From positions 1-21,805 of the forward strand of contig JAWBON010000017.1 of the NCBI GenBank assembly GCA_038826135.1: a stretch of DNA of 21,805 nt. Direction: 5' to 3'. This document shows, one piece after another, positions 1 through 8,156 of this stretch (the first letter of the stretch is position 1; every line of letters begins with the position of its first letter). The notes beneath the pieces were generated by a model that was not told the origin of the DNA, did no database searches, and was given only the letters and a program-made list of their open reading frames with translations. The translations under genes and the position numbers were made by a program. Source of the stretch: Candidatus Odinarchaeota archaeon. Its GTDB lineage: Archaea > Asgardarchaeota > Odinarchaeia > Odinarchaeales > Odinarchaeaceae.

Positions 1-1
1 C

Positions 2-1012
2 GCTAAACAGATTAGAAGCGCGGGGGTTAACACTGTATACTTGAGTTTTGACGGTGTTTCACCAGCTACTAATCCTAAGAATCACTGGGAGGTGCCTTTC
101 GCAGTTCAAAACTGCAGGGAAGCTAATAAAATGGGGATTGTATTCGTGCCCACGGTTATTAACTCTGTGAACGATCATGATCTGGGTAATATTATAGATG
201 TGGCTTTCAGGAATCTGGATGTTGTTCGCGGTGTTAATTTTCAGCCTGTTTCACTTACAGGTAGGATAACTAGGGCTGAGAGGGATAAGCTTAGAATAAC
301 TTCAACGGATGTTATTAAAAGGATAGAGGAGCAGACTGGAGGGCAGATAACAAGAGATGACTGGTATACTGTGCCGTCTGTTGGTGCTGTTAGCAGGATT
401 ATTTCAGCTATAACTAAGCGTCCTCAAATAAATTTCACTAATCACTTTGCATGCGGTTTAGCTACATATGTTTTTTTGAATGATGGGAAATATGTGCCTA
501 TACCGCAGTTCATTGATGTGGACGGGTTCTTTGAATATCTGGCTGAGAAAGCTGATGAATTAGAGAAGGGTAAGAGTAAATACGTGGTTGGTTTAAAACT
601 TCTGTATAATTTGAAAAAATTTATTGATAATGATAAGAAGCCTAAGGATTTGAAGATCACAAGAACTCTTTTAAGAATTATTATGCAGCACGATTATTCG
701 GCTTTAGGCGACTTTCATATGAAGACGCTGTTTTTAGGTATGATGCACTTCATGGACTTGTATAATTATGATGTTAACCGGGTTAAGCGATGTAACATTA
801 TATATTTGTCCCCTGATGACAGGTTGATTCCGTTCTGCGCTTTTAACACGCTTTCAATGGTTTACAGGGATGTTATACAACCAAAATACGGTTTAAGCAT
901 AGCAGACTGGGAGGCTAAAACCGGTCGTAAGCTAAAAGACGGGTATTATAAGCGAGATATTAAAGCGTTAACTTCATCAGACGTGTATAAGAAGTTTTAC
1001 GGGTTATCTTAA
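2..1012 (+). CDS. tes: Radical SAM protein of the MJ0619 family, probable tetraether lipid synthase (5'-truncated by the window edge)
   Basis: The frame is open from base 2 (AKQIRSAGVNTVYLSFDG), so the listed TTG at 41 is internal. The C-terminal half has family motifs: VRGVNFQPVSLTGR, HFACGLATY and GMMHFMDLYNYDVNRVKRCNIIYLSPDDRLIPFCAFN. The CxxxCxxC motif would lie upstream of the window. Confidence 0.75.
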   Translation, partial: AKQIRSAGVNTVYLSFDGVSPATNPKNHWEVPFAVQNCREANKMGIVFVPTVINSVNDHDLGNIIDVAFRNLDVVRGVNFQPVSLTGRITRAERDKLRITSTDVIKRIEEQTGGQITRDDWYTVPSVGAVSRIISAITKRPQINFTNHFACGLATYVFLNDGKYVPIPQFIDVDGFFEYLAEKADELEKGKSKYVVGLKLLYNLKKFIDNDKKPKDLKITRTLLRIIMQHDYSALGDFHMKTLFLGMMHFMDLYNYDVNRVKRCNIIYLSPDDRLIPFCAFNTLSMVYRDVIQPKYGLSIADWEAKTGRKLKDGYYKRDIKALTSSDVYKKFYGLS

Positions 1013-1041
1013 TTTTTTAATAGATTTTAGGGCGATTTTCT

Positions 1042-1530
1042 TTGACTGATAAAAGTGATGTTATTGATAAATTGAGTGAAATTATAGCTAGAGCGAAGGA
1101 TGTTGAAGGTAGCTGGGATAAGAGTGGTTTTCCACGTCAACCTACTTTGGCCGTGGACGCTATTATTGTCTTCGAACCCGGTCGTATTGTTTTAATTAAA
1201 CGGCGTTTTCCACCGTTTAAGGATTTCTGGGCTTTACCTGGTGGTATTGTAAAGTATGGTGAATCTGTGGAAAATGCTTTACTGAGAGAGGTTTTAGAGG
1301 AGACGGGTTTAACTGTTAAGATAAGTAGACTTGTTGGTGTTTACTCTAACCCGGGTAGGGATCCGCGTGGACATGTTATTTCAATATGTTTTCTCTGTGA
1401 GTTTTCTGGTGGTGTTCTTAAAGCTAGTAGTGATGCTGCGGAGATTCAGCTTTTCAGTGTTGAACAGTTAGCTGGTTTGCAGCTGGCTTTCGACCATCTT
1501 AGGATGTTGAAAGATTCAGGTGTTTTATAA
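1042..1530 (+). CDS. NUDIX hydrolase (ADP-ribose pyrophosphatase-like)
   Basis: Nudix box GGIVKYGESVENALLREVLEETGL, plus AVDAII, LIKRRFPPFKDFWALPGG and GRDPRGH segments typical of this subgroup. TTG start. Confidence 0.9.
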   Translation: MTDKSDVIDKLSEIIARAKDVEGSWDKSGFPRQPTLAVDAIIVFEPGRIVLIKRRFPPFKDFWALPGGIVKYGESVENALLREVLEETGLTVKISRLVGVYSNPGRDPRGHVISICFLCEFSGGVLKASSDAAEIQLFSVEQLAGLQLAFDHLRMLKDSGVL

Positions 1531-1566
1531 TTTTCGCAATTTTTTGTATTTTATTTTGAGATTTTA

Positions 1567-1580
1567 GAAAAATTTATATA
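1567..1580 (+). promoter_or_regulatory. Archaeal BRE/TATA promoter
   Basis: GAAAAA followed by TTTATATA (1573-1580), about 30 nt upstream of ATG 1611 and after a T-rich tract that follows the NUDIX gene. Confidence 0.5.
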
Positions 1581-1610
1581 TAAGATATTAGATAAATTAT
1601 CTTGAGCATT

Positions 1611-1832
1611 ATGTCGCTAGAATACGAAATTGAAACATTATTCGAAAAAGTTCGGCGCTGTCTTAACCTACAGAAGAGTATTGTATTGAGAGGTTTTATG
1701 TCAAACTATCTGCCGGCGGTTAGTGTTTCTATTAATCCTGAGGACTCTGATGACGCTGAGGATAATATAGTTGATTCGTTATATTTTAATGATCTTTTTA
1801 GGCCTGGAGATATTGTAGGTTCAGCTTCTTAG
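1611..1832 (+). CDS. Small hypothetical protein (73 aa, acidic C-terminus)
   Basis: Fills the intergenic gap with its own TATA box. Promoter spacing favours ATG 1611 over TTG 1602. No family recognised. Confidence 0.5.
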   Translation: MSLEYEIETLFEKVRRCLNLQKSIVLRGFMSNYLPAVSVSINPEDSDDAEDNIVDSLYFNDLFRPGDIVGSAS

Positions 1833-1857
1833 CTTTGCTTTTTGGTTTAACGGAAGG

Positions 1858-1902
1858 TTTTTAAATTCATTTGCATATTATTATGTAGTATAACTACATA
1901 AT
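1858..1902 (+). promoter_or_regulatory. TATA box plus perfect 10-3-10 inverted repeat (candidate operator) upstream of the pelF-like gene
   Basis: TTTTTAAA at 1858-1865. ATTATGTAGT-ATA-ACTACATAAT at 1880-1902 spans the expected transcription start and ends 9 nt before ATG 1912. Confidence 0.65.
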
Positions 1903-1911
1903 GGTGCTGTC

Positions 1912-3222
1912 ATGACGCGAATCTGCCTGATAACAGAAGGCACTTACCCCTTGACTATAGGCGGGGTTAGCAAATGGACCCACACACTAGTATCTCACAT
2001 GCCGGATCTTGAATTTGAGATTATCTCGCTTGTACCAGATACTAAAACAAGATTCAATTACACCCCTCCTAAAAATGTTAAAGAAATTCATCTGTGGCCT
2101 ATCTGGGAGGATCTTAATCCAGACGGGTGCGAGCGTGGTATTCAGCCAAATAACAATTATTCTGCTAGGAAAGTTAGGCGAATTTTTCAAGCTGAAGCGG
2201 CTAAGTTTCAATCCTCCCAATACTTAAATGAGGGTTTTCTAAAACCTTTAGAACGGGTTTTCAACATACCTTTACCCGAAGCTGATGTATATCATGCTCT
2301 TAATTCAGGTTATGCTGGTCTAATAGCTGGTTTAGCTAAAAGAATTTATAACAAGCCGGTAATAGTCACAGAGCACGGCTCATATTATAAGGAATGGTTT
2401 CTGAGATTAAGTCGGGTTGACTTTCCAGATGAGCTTCGCCACCCTAAGATATTGAAGCCTGAAGATCACACTCAGATTAAACTGCTTAAATTCATAGGTA
2501 AACTGGTGGATTTCTCATTTAAATCAGCTGATGTGATCGCGCCTGTGACAGGTGCGCATATACCTCTTGAACTGAAGCTTGGAGCCGATCCTAGAAAGAT
2601 AAAACCTATACCTAACGGTGTTAACTGTAGTCTTTTTAACAATTCGGGTAACGGTGAACACTGCGAGGAGTTAATCGTTGGAACTGTTGCTAGATTAAAC
2701 CCTATAAAAGATGTTAAAACCTTGATAAGAGCAGCCCGTCTAGTTTTAGATAAACAGCCTAACATTAAATTCGAGTTTATAGGTCCTAAAGAGGACTTAG
2801 ACTACTATAACGAGAGTTTAGCTTTAGTTGAAGAACTTGGTTTGGAGGAAAGCTTCAAATTTCTACCCGAGACATTTTCACCTGAGAAACTTTACTCTAG
2901 ATTCCAGGTTTTCGTTCTTTCCAGTATATCCGAAGCTCAGCCTTTAGCGTTACTGGAGGCGATGAGTTCAGGGATTCCTGTTGTAGCTACGAGAGTTGGT
3001 GGTGTTCCTGAGCCTGTGTACGGTAGCGGTTTACTGGTTAATCCCGGCGAGTATGAGAATATGGCTAAATCCATATTATTCTATTTAAGGAACCCTGAAG
3101 CTAAAAATGAGGCTGGTCTGAGGGGTAGGACTAAAGTTTTGAACCGTTACTCCGAGGAGTTGTTTATACGTAATTACAGGGAGACTTACTCTAATCTTTT
3201 AGGGAAACCTAAAATTTATTAA
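1912..3222 (+). CDS. pelF: GT4 glycosyltransferase, PelF-like (DUF3492 N-domain + Glycos_transf_1)
   Basis: PelF-type signatures LITEGTYPLTIGGVSKW, DVYHALNSGYAG and PVIVTEHGSY. GT4 C-domain motifs VARLNPIKDVKTLIRA and LSSISEAQPLALLEAMSSGIPVVATRVGG (ExxxxxxxE). Confidence 0.85.
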   Translation: MTRICLITEGTYPLTIGGVSKWTHTLVSHMPDLEFEIISLVPDTKTRFNYTPPKNVKEIHLWPIWEDLNPDGCERGIQPNNNYSARKVRRIFQAEAAKFQSSQYLNEGFLKPLERVFNIPLPEADVYHALNSGYAGLIAGLAKRIYNKPVIVTEHGSYYKEWFLRLSRVDFPDELRHPKILKPEDHTQIKLLKFIGKLVDFSFKSADVIAPVTGAHIPLELKLGADPRKIKPIPNGVNCSLFNNSGNGEHCEELIVGTVARLNPIKDVKTLIRAARLVLDKQPNIKFEFIGPKEDLDYYNESLALVEELGLEESFKFLPETFSPEKLYSRFQVFVLSSISEAQPLALLEAMSSGIPVVATRVGGVPEPVYGSGLLVNPGEYENMAKSILFYLRNPEAKNEAGLRGRTKVLNRYSEELFIRNYRETYSNLLGKPKIY

Positions 3223-3246
3223 AGTTTTCTGTATATTCTTATTCTC

Positions 3247-4254
3247 ATGCCTATGTTTGAAAACCATTATATTGAAAAATACGTTGCCATGTTGAAAACT
3301 CAAGGTAAGTCTGAGAGCACTATTGAAGGTGAGCTTAAAATTATAAAACTGTTTTTAAATAATGCGGCTGGTAAAGATCCTACCTTGATCGGGGACTTTG
3401 ACATTCAAGAATGGCAGATAAATCTTTTAAACCGGGGTAAAAAGCCTTCAACCGTTACACGTTACACTCGTGTTATATACAGGTTTCTAAAAACCCTCGG
3501 TGTCACTGTTAAAGTAGCGTATCCTAGATCTTACGGTGACGGTGGGGTACGCTTTCTAAACTTGGAGCAGCTGAAAGCACTGTACGAATGCCTTGACGAC
3601 CCGAGGGATAAGGCTATTATCTCCTTATTTGCCGAGACGGGTATTAAAACATCCGAGCTTATTAATCTGCGTAGGAGAAATGTGTTTGAGCAATCTCTGA
3701 TCATTTCTCCGTTTCAACCATACAGGGTTTTAAACCTGACTGATACGGCTCAACTATATCTTGTGGAATACCTTAATTCTAAAACTTATTTAAACGAGGA
3801 GGATCTTATATTTTCTACTGGTGTTAATAATCCTCACGGTAAATTAAGTTACGCTTCTCTGAATTTTATTTTCAAGAATATTACGCGCAGACTTTCGAAA
3901 ACTTTTAGATTATCTTACAAGATTACTCCTCAAATTCTCAGGAATACATTCATATACTTGCAGCTTGTCAGAGGCGTGCCTTTAGAGCTTATTAGGAAAC
4001 AACTAGGTTTGAAAAAATCTTATTCTATTCAAAAAATTAAAGCGCTGGTTAAAGACCAGGATGATACGGGTATGAGAATGCTTGTTGAATGCTTTAAATG
4101 TAAGTCAATGATACAGCCTCATATGAAGATATGCCCTTACTGTTTCAACGATCTACCTAACCTTGTATGTGATAAATGTGGTAGATTAGTGAAAAGAGAT
4201 TTTAAATTCTGTCCTTACTGTGGCGGTCTTCTAAAAACGGCGAGCCTGTTTTAA
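3247..4254 (+). CDS. Tyrosine recombinase (XerA/XerD-fold) protein with a degenerate active site and a C-terminal double zinc ribbon
   Basis: SAM-like N-domain (GKSESTI..., KPSTVTRY), then RDKAIISLFAETGIKTSELINL, ITPQILRNTF and IRKQLGL boxes. The C-terminus has four CxxC pairs (CFKC, CPYC, CDKC, CPYC). Confidence 0.8.
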   Translation: MPMFENHYIEKYVAMLKTQGKSESTIEGELKIIKLFLNNAAGKDPTLIGDFDIQEWQINLLNRGKKPSTVTRYTRVIYRFLKTLGVTVKVAYPRSYGDGGVRFLNLEQLKALYECLDDPRDKAIISLFAETGIKTSELINLRRRNVFEQSLIISPFQPYRVLNLTDTAQLYLVEYLNSKTYLNEEDLIFSTGVNNPHGKLSYASLNFIFKNITRRLSKTFRLSYKITPQILRNTFIYLQLVRGVPLELIRKQLGLKKSYSIQKIKALVKDQDDTGMRMLVECFKCKSMIQPHMKICPYCFNDLPNLVCDKCGRLVKRDFKFCPYCGGLLKTASLF

Positions 4255-7200
4255 TTTTTTCAAAACCTTTGTAATCGAGTAGGCTGAAGCCAAGCTTAAA
4301 CCGCATATGAATCCTGTTACTATACTTGTAAACGGGTTTAAGAAGCCTGTGAACGTGACTGTTAAAGATACTATAATAGTGATAATTACAGCGACGCTTA
4401 GACTGATGCAGCTAGATTTCAGTTCAATCATCGAATTAAATAAGATTTGAACTAACAATATAGAAAATAAGATGTAGCCGGCTCCGAGAAGTATTATTTC
4501 AAGTGTTGAAACAGTTAATGTGAGATTAAAGAGCAAGCATATGTCTTTTAAAAAGTATGTTACCGGTGACACTATTATAATAGATGTGAGGGCTGTTACA
4601 GTTAACAATCTTTTATAGGTTTTTAACAGGTCACTGTATTCGTCTACAGCTCCTTTTCGTTTAGCTAGGATTTGACGGCTGAACTCGTTAAGTTTAGCTT
4701 CAACCCTGCTTATTAAAAGCCCGCCTACCCCTATTACCGGGAACACTGTTAACTGGTAGACTAATATAGGTGTCTGAAGCTGTGGGTTTAAAAGTATCGT
4801 GTACCCTGCGGTACTCCAACCTTGGAGGAGCCAAACCAGGTAGTTTGTTAACAGGAGAAGATTTATTATTAAAGCCCCCAGTAGTATGGATTTCAAGTTG
4901 AATCTTGTTTCTTTGAATAAACGTGTGCGGAAGGATGGTTCAATCATCGGTAGGCTTCCTATTCTTAAAATATGTTTCAGTAAGTAGCCGCCTAAGAAAA
5001 CGCAGGCTATTGTTAAACTTATACTGTATGGTAAAATGACTCCTAAAACACCTAAATAATATGTAATATACAGTGAAGTAACCACTCCAGCCATCATAGC
5101 TGTAAGATAGGTAACTCCGAGGGTTGGCAGCCTACCTAACGCTTTATACGCTCCTATAAGAGATAAGAGGAATATGTTTGGGATGATGCAGGTTAAAGCC
5201 TGTAAAGCTGAATCCAACGGTATTATTCCAGTGAACGCGGCGAATGCGGTGAGCGCTCCTGTAACTGCTAGTGAAATATATAGGCTTGTTAGAAGTGTTT
5301 GCTTCACGTAGGTTTTTGTAAGCGTCGTATCTTCTGACAGAGCCGCCTCCTCTGTGTAGCGTCTAGTAATATAATCTAAACCATAGAATGTGAATGCAAG
5401 GGGAATGGTTACTGTGAAAATTAAGGTGAGCGTGTTAACGTCAACAGGGTTTAATATTCTACTGTAATGGTAGCCTAATACTAGGATGAATCCTAGGTTA
5501 AATATTATAGGCGAAGCTGTGAATAACCCGTTTGAGAAGAAGCTGCCGACCGCTTTAATTTTCTCCGATTCAATGAACTTGTTTGTTAAAGCTATTATAG
5601 CCGCGAAAACCGCGATAACGCTGATTGAAGCTATGATCAGTTCACCGTTAAACCAGTAAACGTATACGCTGTTGCTTGAAACCGTATAAGTTAAGACAGC
5701 GTAACCTGAAATAACCTGTAATTGAATTGTTAGATTACCTGCAGGCCAGGCTGTTGAAGGGTTAACTGTAAGCTTCCCACTATATGTTTGACCGCTTCCT
5801 ATTGTAACAGGGAGTTCGCTTTCACCCAGCTGCAGATCTCCTATTGAAACAATGGCTTTGATTTTAAGGTTTAAAGTGAACGGGTAATTGTTAGTTAATG
5901 TATAGTCTACGATTACGGGATCAGTTGGGAAATATACGTGTTTATCAACGCCCAGTATATTCGAGCTGAACTTTAATGAGTAATAGACTTCTATAAGCGT
6001 GTTACCTGAAGCGTTTAAAGATAATATCATTTTTTTACCGTCATAATACCATTTATCTGTAAGTGTTCTGTTAACGAAAACAGTTACAGGCGTGTTCGCT
6101 GGCTCCAAGGTTACTCTACCGTTCTTCTGATGCGGGCTTGTGAAGTTGAACGTGAACAATTCTGTTGCGGATGAGGCTGAGATTGGTCCTCCGAAGGTGC
6201 ATCCTGTTATATGTGGCTGCGTGGAAGGCTGACTGTCTAAGCTGACGGTGATCGTGTGTACTCCTTTTGTAAGCTGTGGTAGTATTATCGTAGTATTAGA
6301 GTAGAATAAGTAATCGTTAGAGTCTATTTTAACGCTTTGCACGTATAAGCTTGTATTATCAATTCTTACAGTCTGACCTGTAATATATTCAAGATACTCG
6401 TCGCCGATGCTTCCCGTATCTAAGGTTATTGTGATCGTGTTATTTGAGTAATATGTGACATTATATTTTACACTGTCACGGGCTTGGATTCTATGATAAT
6501 ACTCGTATGGTGTACACGTGTAAACGTCTGTTTTCTGCCATACCTCGTAGTCTAACATCCTGTACAGTAACGGTAGACGGCTTGAATTATCTAGGGAGTA
6601 GTCATGCCATAGTATAGTGTAGGGCATACCGTTACCTATACGGTAAGCTGTATCAAAAATTTCTTTTTCTATTTGCCAGGCATCTGACCAGTTAAGATTC
6701 ATCTGCGTTGGACTGAAAAAGTTATGATCGGAGTAGGATTGTCTGAAGAGGACGAAAACAGTGTTATTGAAATCTATGTTGCCGTCGCCGGTGTAATAGA
6801 ATTCTCTTCCAATAAGATAGGGGAAGTTTTTAATGCTGAGTTCTGTAATATACTGGTAGCCTACTTGAGGTAAATATATTGAAGCGTTATAACGGCTGAA
6901 CCATATTCCTTGACCCCACACCTGTAAACCTGTTACAGGTATGCTGAGGTTGCCTTCAATCTGGTGTCTGCTCAGATTAAGCTCGTTTAAAACACGTGTA
7001 TCGTTTACAGGTGTGAGATCCCAGTATACGTGTGTGACGGAGTGGGAGGTTAAATCATGTCCTTTACTGTAGGCTTCTAGGAATAATGGTTTGCAAGCCG
7101 TCCAGTTAATAAAACCGTAGTATTCACCTGACTGTTTAACAGGGCCTTCGCTTATAATCGCCCAGCCGAATGTGAAATAATATGTGTCAGCTAAGTTTAA

Positions 7201-8127
7201 CAGTCTTCGTAAAGCTGTGGTTGTGTTAACTGTGGCGAAACACCAGTCTTGGTCTACTGTGAATATCCATGTTAACCTGCCGGGTGTCGGCTGTAAGCCG
7301 ACAGCGGGGTAATCTCTGAAAATACACCATTGTAACGCTCTTAATAGGAGGGTGGTTTGATCAAACCACGGGTTAACTGCTAGATCATATACGTTTATAA
7401 ACACGCTTCTGCCGTCCCCTATCTGTGAGGTGAAGCCGCAGTATGTTAGCAGCGTGCCTGTTTCATTATCCACAGCTTTAAGAAATGTCTGTGTGCTTAT
7501 TGAAGTTGAGTTTACTGTCATATTATCTATGCCGAATACTGTGCTGTGAAGGGTTGTATTCTCAGGGTAGTCTACTGTAACAGGATGGTTTAGGGTTATT
7601 ATGGAGTGAGATTCGTTTAGGAAATAATTCATTTTAATATTAAACAGTGTTTTCAAGAATACGTCTTTATCCGTGTACAGGGTGTTGTTTTCATCTCTTA
7701 AACCTACATATCCGAAAGCTATTATGCTTCCACCGTTTTCAAGATATTCTTTATAATAATTTAATAATTCTAGTCTGGTCGAGTTAGAGATATATGTGTT
7801 GTCGGGAAGTATTATGCAGGAATATTTTTGCAGGGTTTCACTGCTTGTTATATTTTCTTCAGGGATTACTTCAAATCTTAAACCAGCCATGTATATACTG
7901 CTTTCAACAACATAGAATGACATTATAACAGGGGTTGTGATATTAGAGTTATTATAGCTGATTTGCTTCCATGTTAAGCTTAAATTGCTGAATACGATTC
8001 CAACCGGTTTAACCTCGAACGGAGTCCCCTCCACAGGCTGGCTTAAAGTGCTGCTGGGTAGAAATAGGAGGGGGATTATTAATACTGCAAGGATTACTAT
8101 CGCCGCTCTCCCTTTTTTAGACAACAC
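4231..8127 (-). CDS. Membrane-anchored polysaccharide deacetylase (CE4/NodB-like, PelA-like) fused to a multi-TM PelG-like polysaccharide exporter
   Basis: N-terminal signal/anchor (KKGR then a hydrophobic run) and a class I GATase-like segment (CIILPD...YLENGGSIIAFG). Deacetylase motifs FTVDQD (7243-7260), GHDLTSHSVTH (7030-7047 for SHSVTH) and ILWHD. Beta-rich Ig-like region, then about 460 aa with roughly 12 hydrophobic segments, the size and pattern of PelG/MOP-type exporters. The PelG assignment rests on size, topology, weak N-terminal similarity (YGLDYITRRYTEE) and gene context. Confidence 0.65.
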   Translation of the reverse strand: MLSKKGRAAIVILAVLIIPLLFLPSSTLSQPVEGTPFEVKPVGIVFSNLSLTWKQISYNNSNITTPVIMSFYVVESSIYMAGLRFEVIPEENITSSETLQKYSCIILPDNTYISNSTRLELLNYYKEYLENGGSIIAFGYVGLRDENNTLYTDKDVFLKTLFNIKMNYFLNESHSIITLNHPVTVDYPENTTLHSTVFGIDNMTVNSTSISTQTFLKAVDNETGTLLTYCGFTSQIGDGRSVFINVYDLAVNPWFDQTTLLLRALQWCIFRDYPAVGLQPTPGRLTWIFTVDQDWCFATVNTTTALRRLLNLADTYYFTFGWAIISEGPVKQSGEYYGFINWTACKPLFLEAYSKGHDLTSHSVTHVYWDLTPVNDTRVLNELNLSRHQIEGNLSIPVTGLQVWGQGIWFSRYNASIYLPQVGYQYITELSIKNFPYLIGREFYYTGDGNIDFNNTVFVLFRQSYSDHNFFSPTQMNLNWSDAWQIEKEIFDTAYRIGNGMPYTILWHDYSLDNSSRLPLLYRMLDYEVWQKTDVYTCTPYEYYHRIQARDSVKYNVTYYSNNTITITLDTGSIGDEYLEYITGQTVRIDNTSLYVQSVKIDSNDYLFYSNTTIILPQLTKGVHTITVSLDSQPSTQPHITGCTFGGPISASSATELFTFNFTSPHQKNGRVTLEPANTPVTVFVNRTLTDKWYYDGKKMILSLNASGNTLIEVYYSLKFSSNILGVDKHVYFPTDPVIVDYTLTNNYPFTLNLKIKAIVSIGDLQLGESELPVTIGSGQTYSGKLTVNPSTAWPAGNLTIQLQVISGYAVLTYTVSSNSVYVYWFNGELIIASISVIAVFAAIIALTNKFIESEKIKAVGSFFSNGLFTASPIIFNLGFILVLGYHYSRILNPVDVNTLTLIFTVTIPLAFTFYGLDYITRRYTEEAALSEDTTLTKTYVKQTLLTSLYISLAVTGALTAFAAFTGIIPLDSALQALTCIIPNIFLLSLIGAYKALGRLPTLGVTYLTAMMAGVVTSLYITYYLGVLGVILPYSISLTIACVFLGGYLLKHILRIGSLPMIEPSFRTRLFKETRFNLKSILLGALIINLLLLTNYLVWLLQGWSTAGYTILLNPQLQTPILVYQLTVFPVIGVGGLLISRVEAKLNEFSRQILAKRKGAVDEYSDLLKTYKRLLTVTALTSIIIVSPVTYFLKDICLLFNLTLTVSTLEIILLGAGYILFSILLVQILFNSMIELKSSCISLSVAVIITIIVSLTVTFTGFLNPFTSIVTGFICGLSLASAYSITKVLKKLKQARRF

Positions 8128-8156
8128 TTATCCCCATGTAATAGTTTACCTGTTTA

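Noticed and set aside
1866-1905. Possible dif/att recombination site for the nearby recombinase-like gene
   Set aside because: GCATA and TTATGT elements are present, but no 11-6-11 arrangement can be drawn (the spacer is too short or the arms are back-to-back). Kept only as an operator candidate.
442-2765. Short ORFs 442-660, 1987-2220, 2009-2227 and 2472-2765
   Set aside because: Antisense or out-of-frame shadows inside well-supported genes, with no motifs.
3247-4254. Integrase marking a provirus or genomic island boundary
   Set aside because: Catalytic residues are lost, and I saw no tRNA, att repeats, or phage, plasmid or IS genes in the window.
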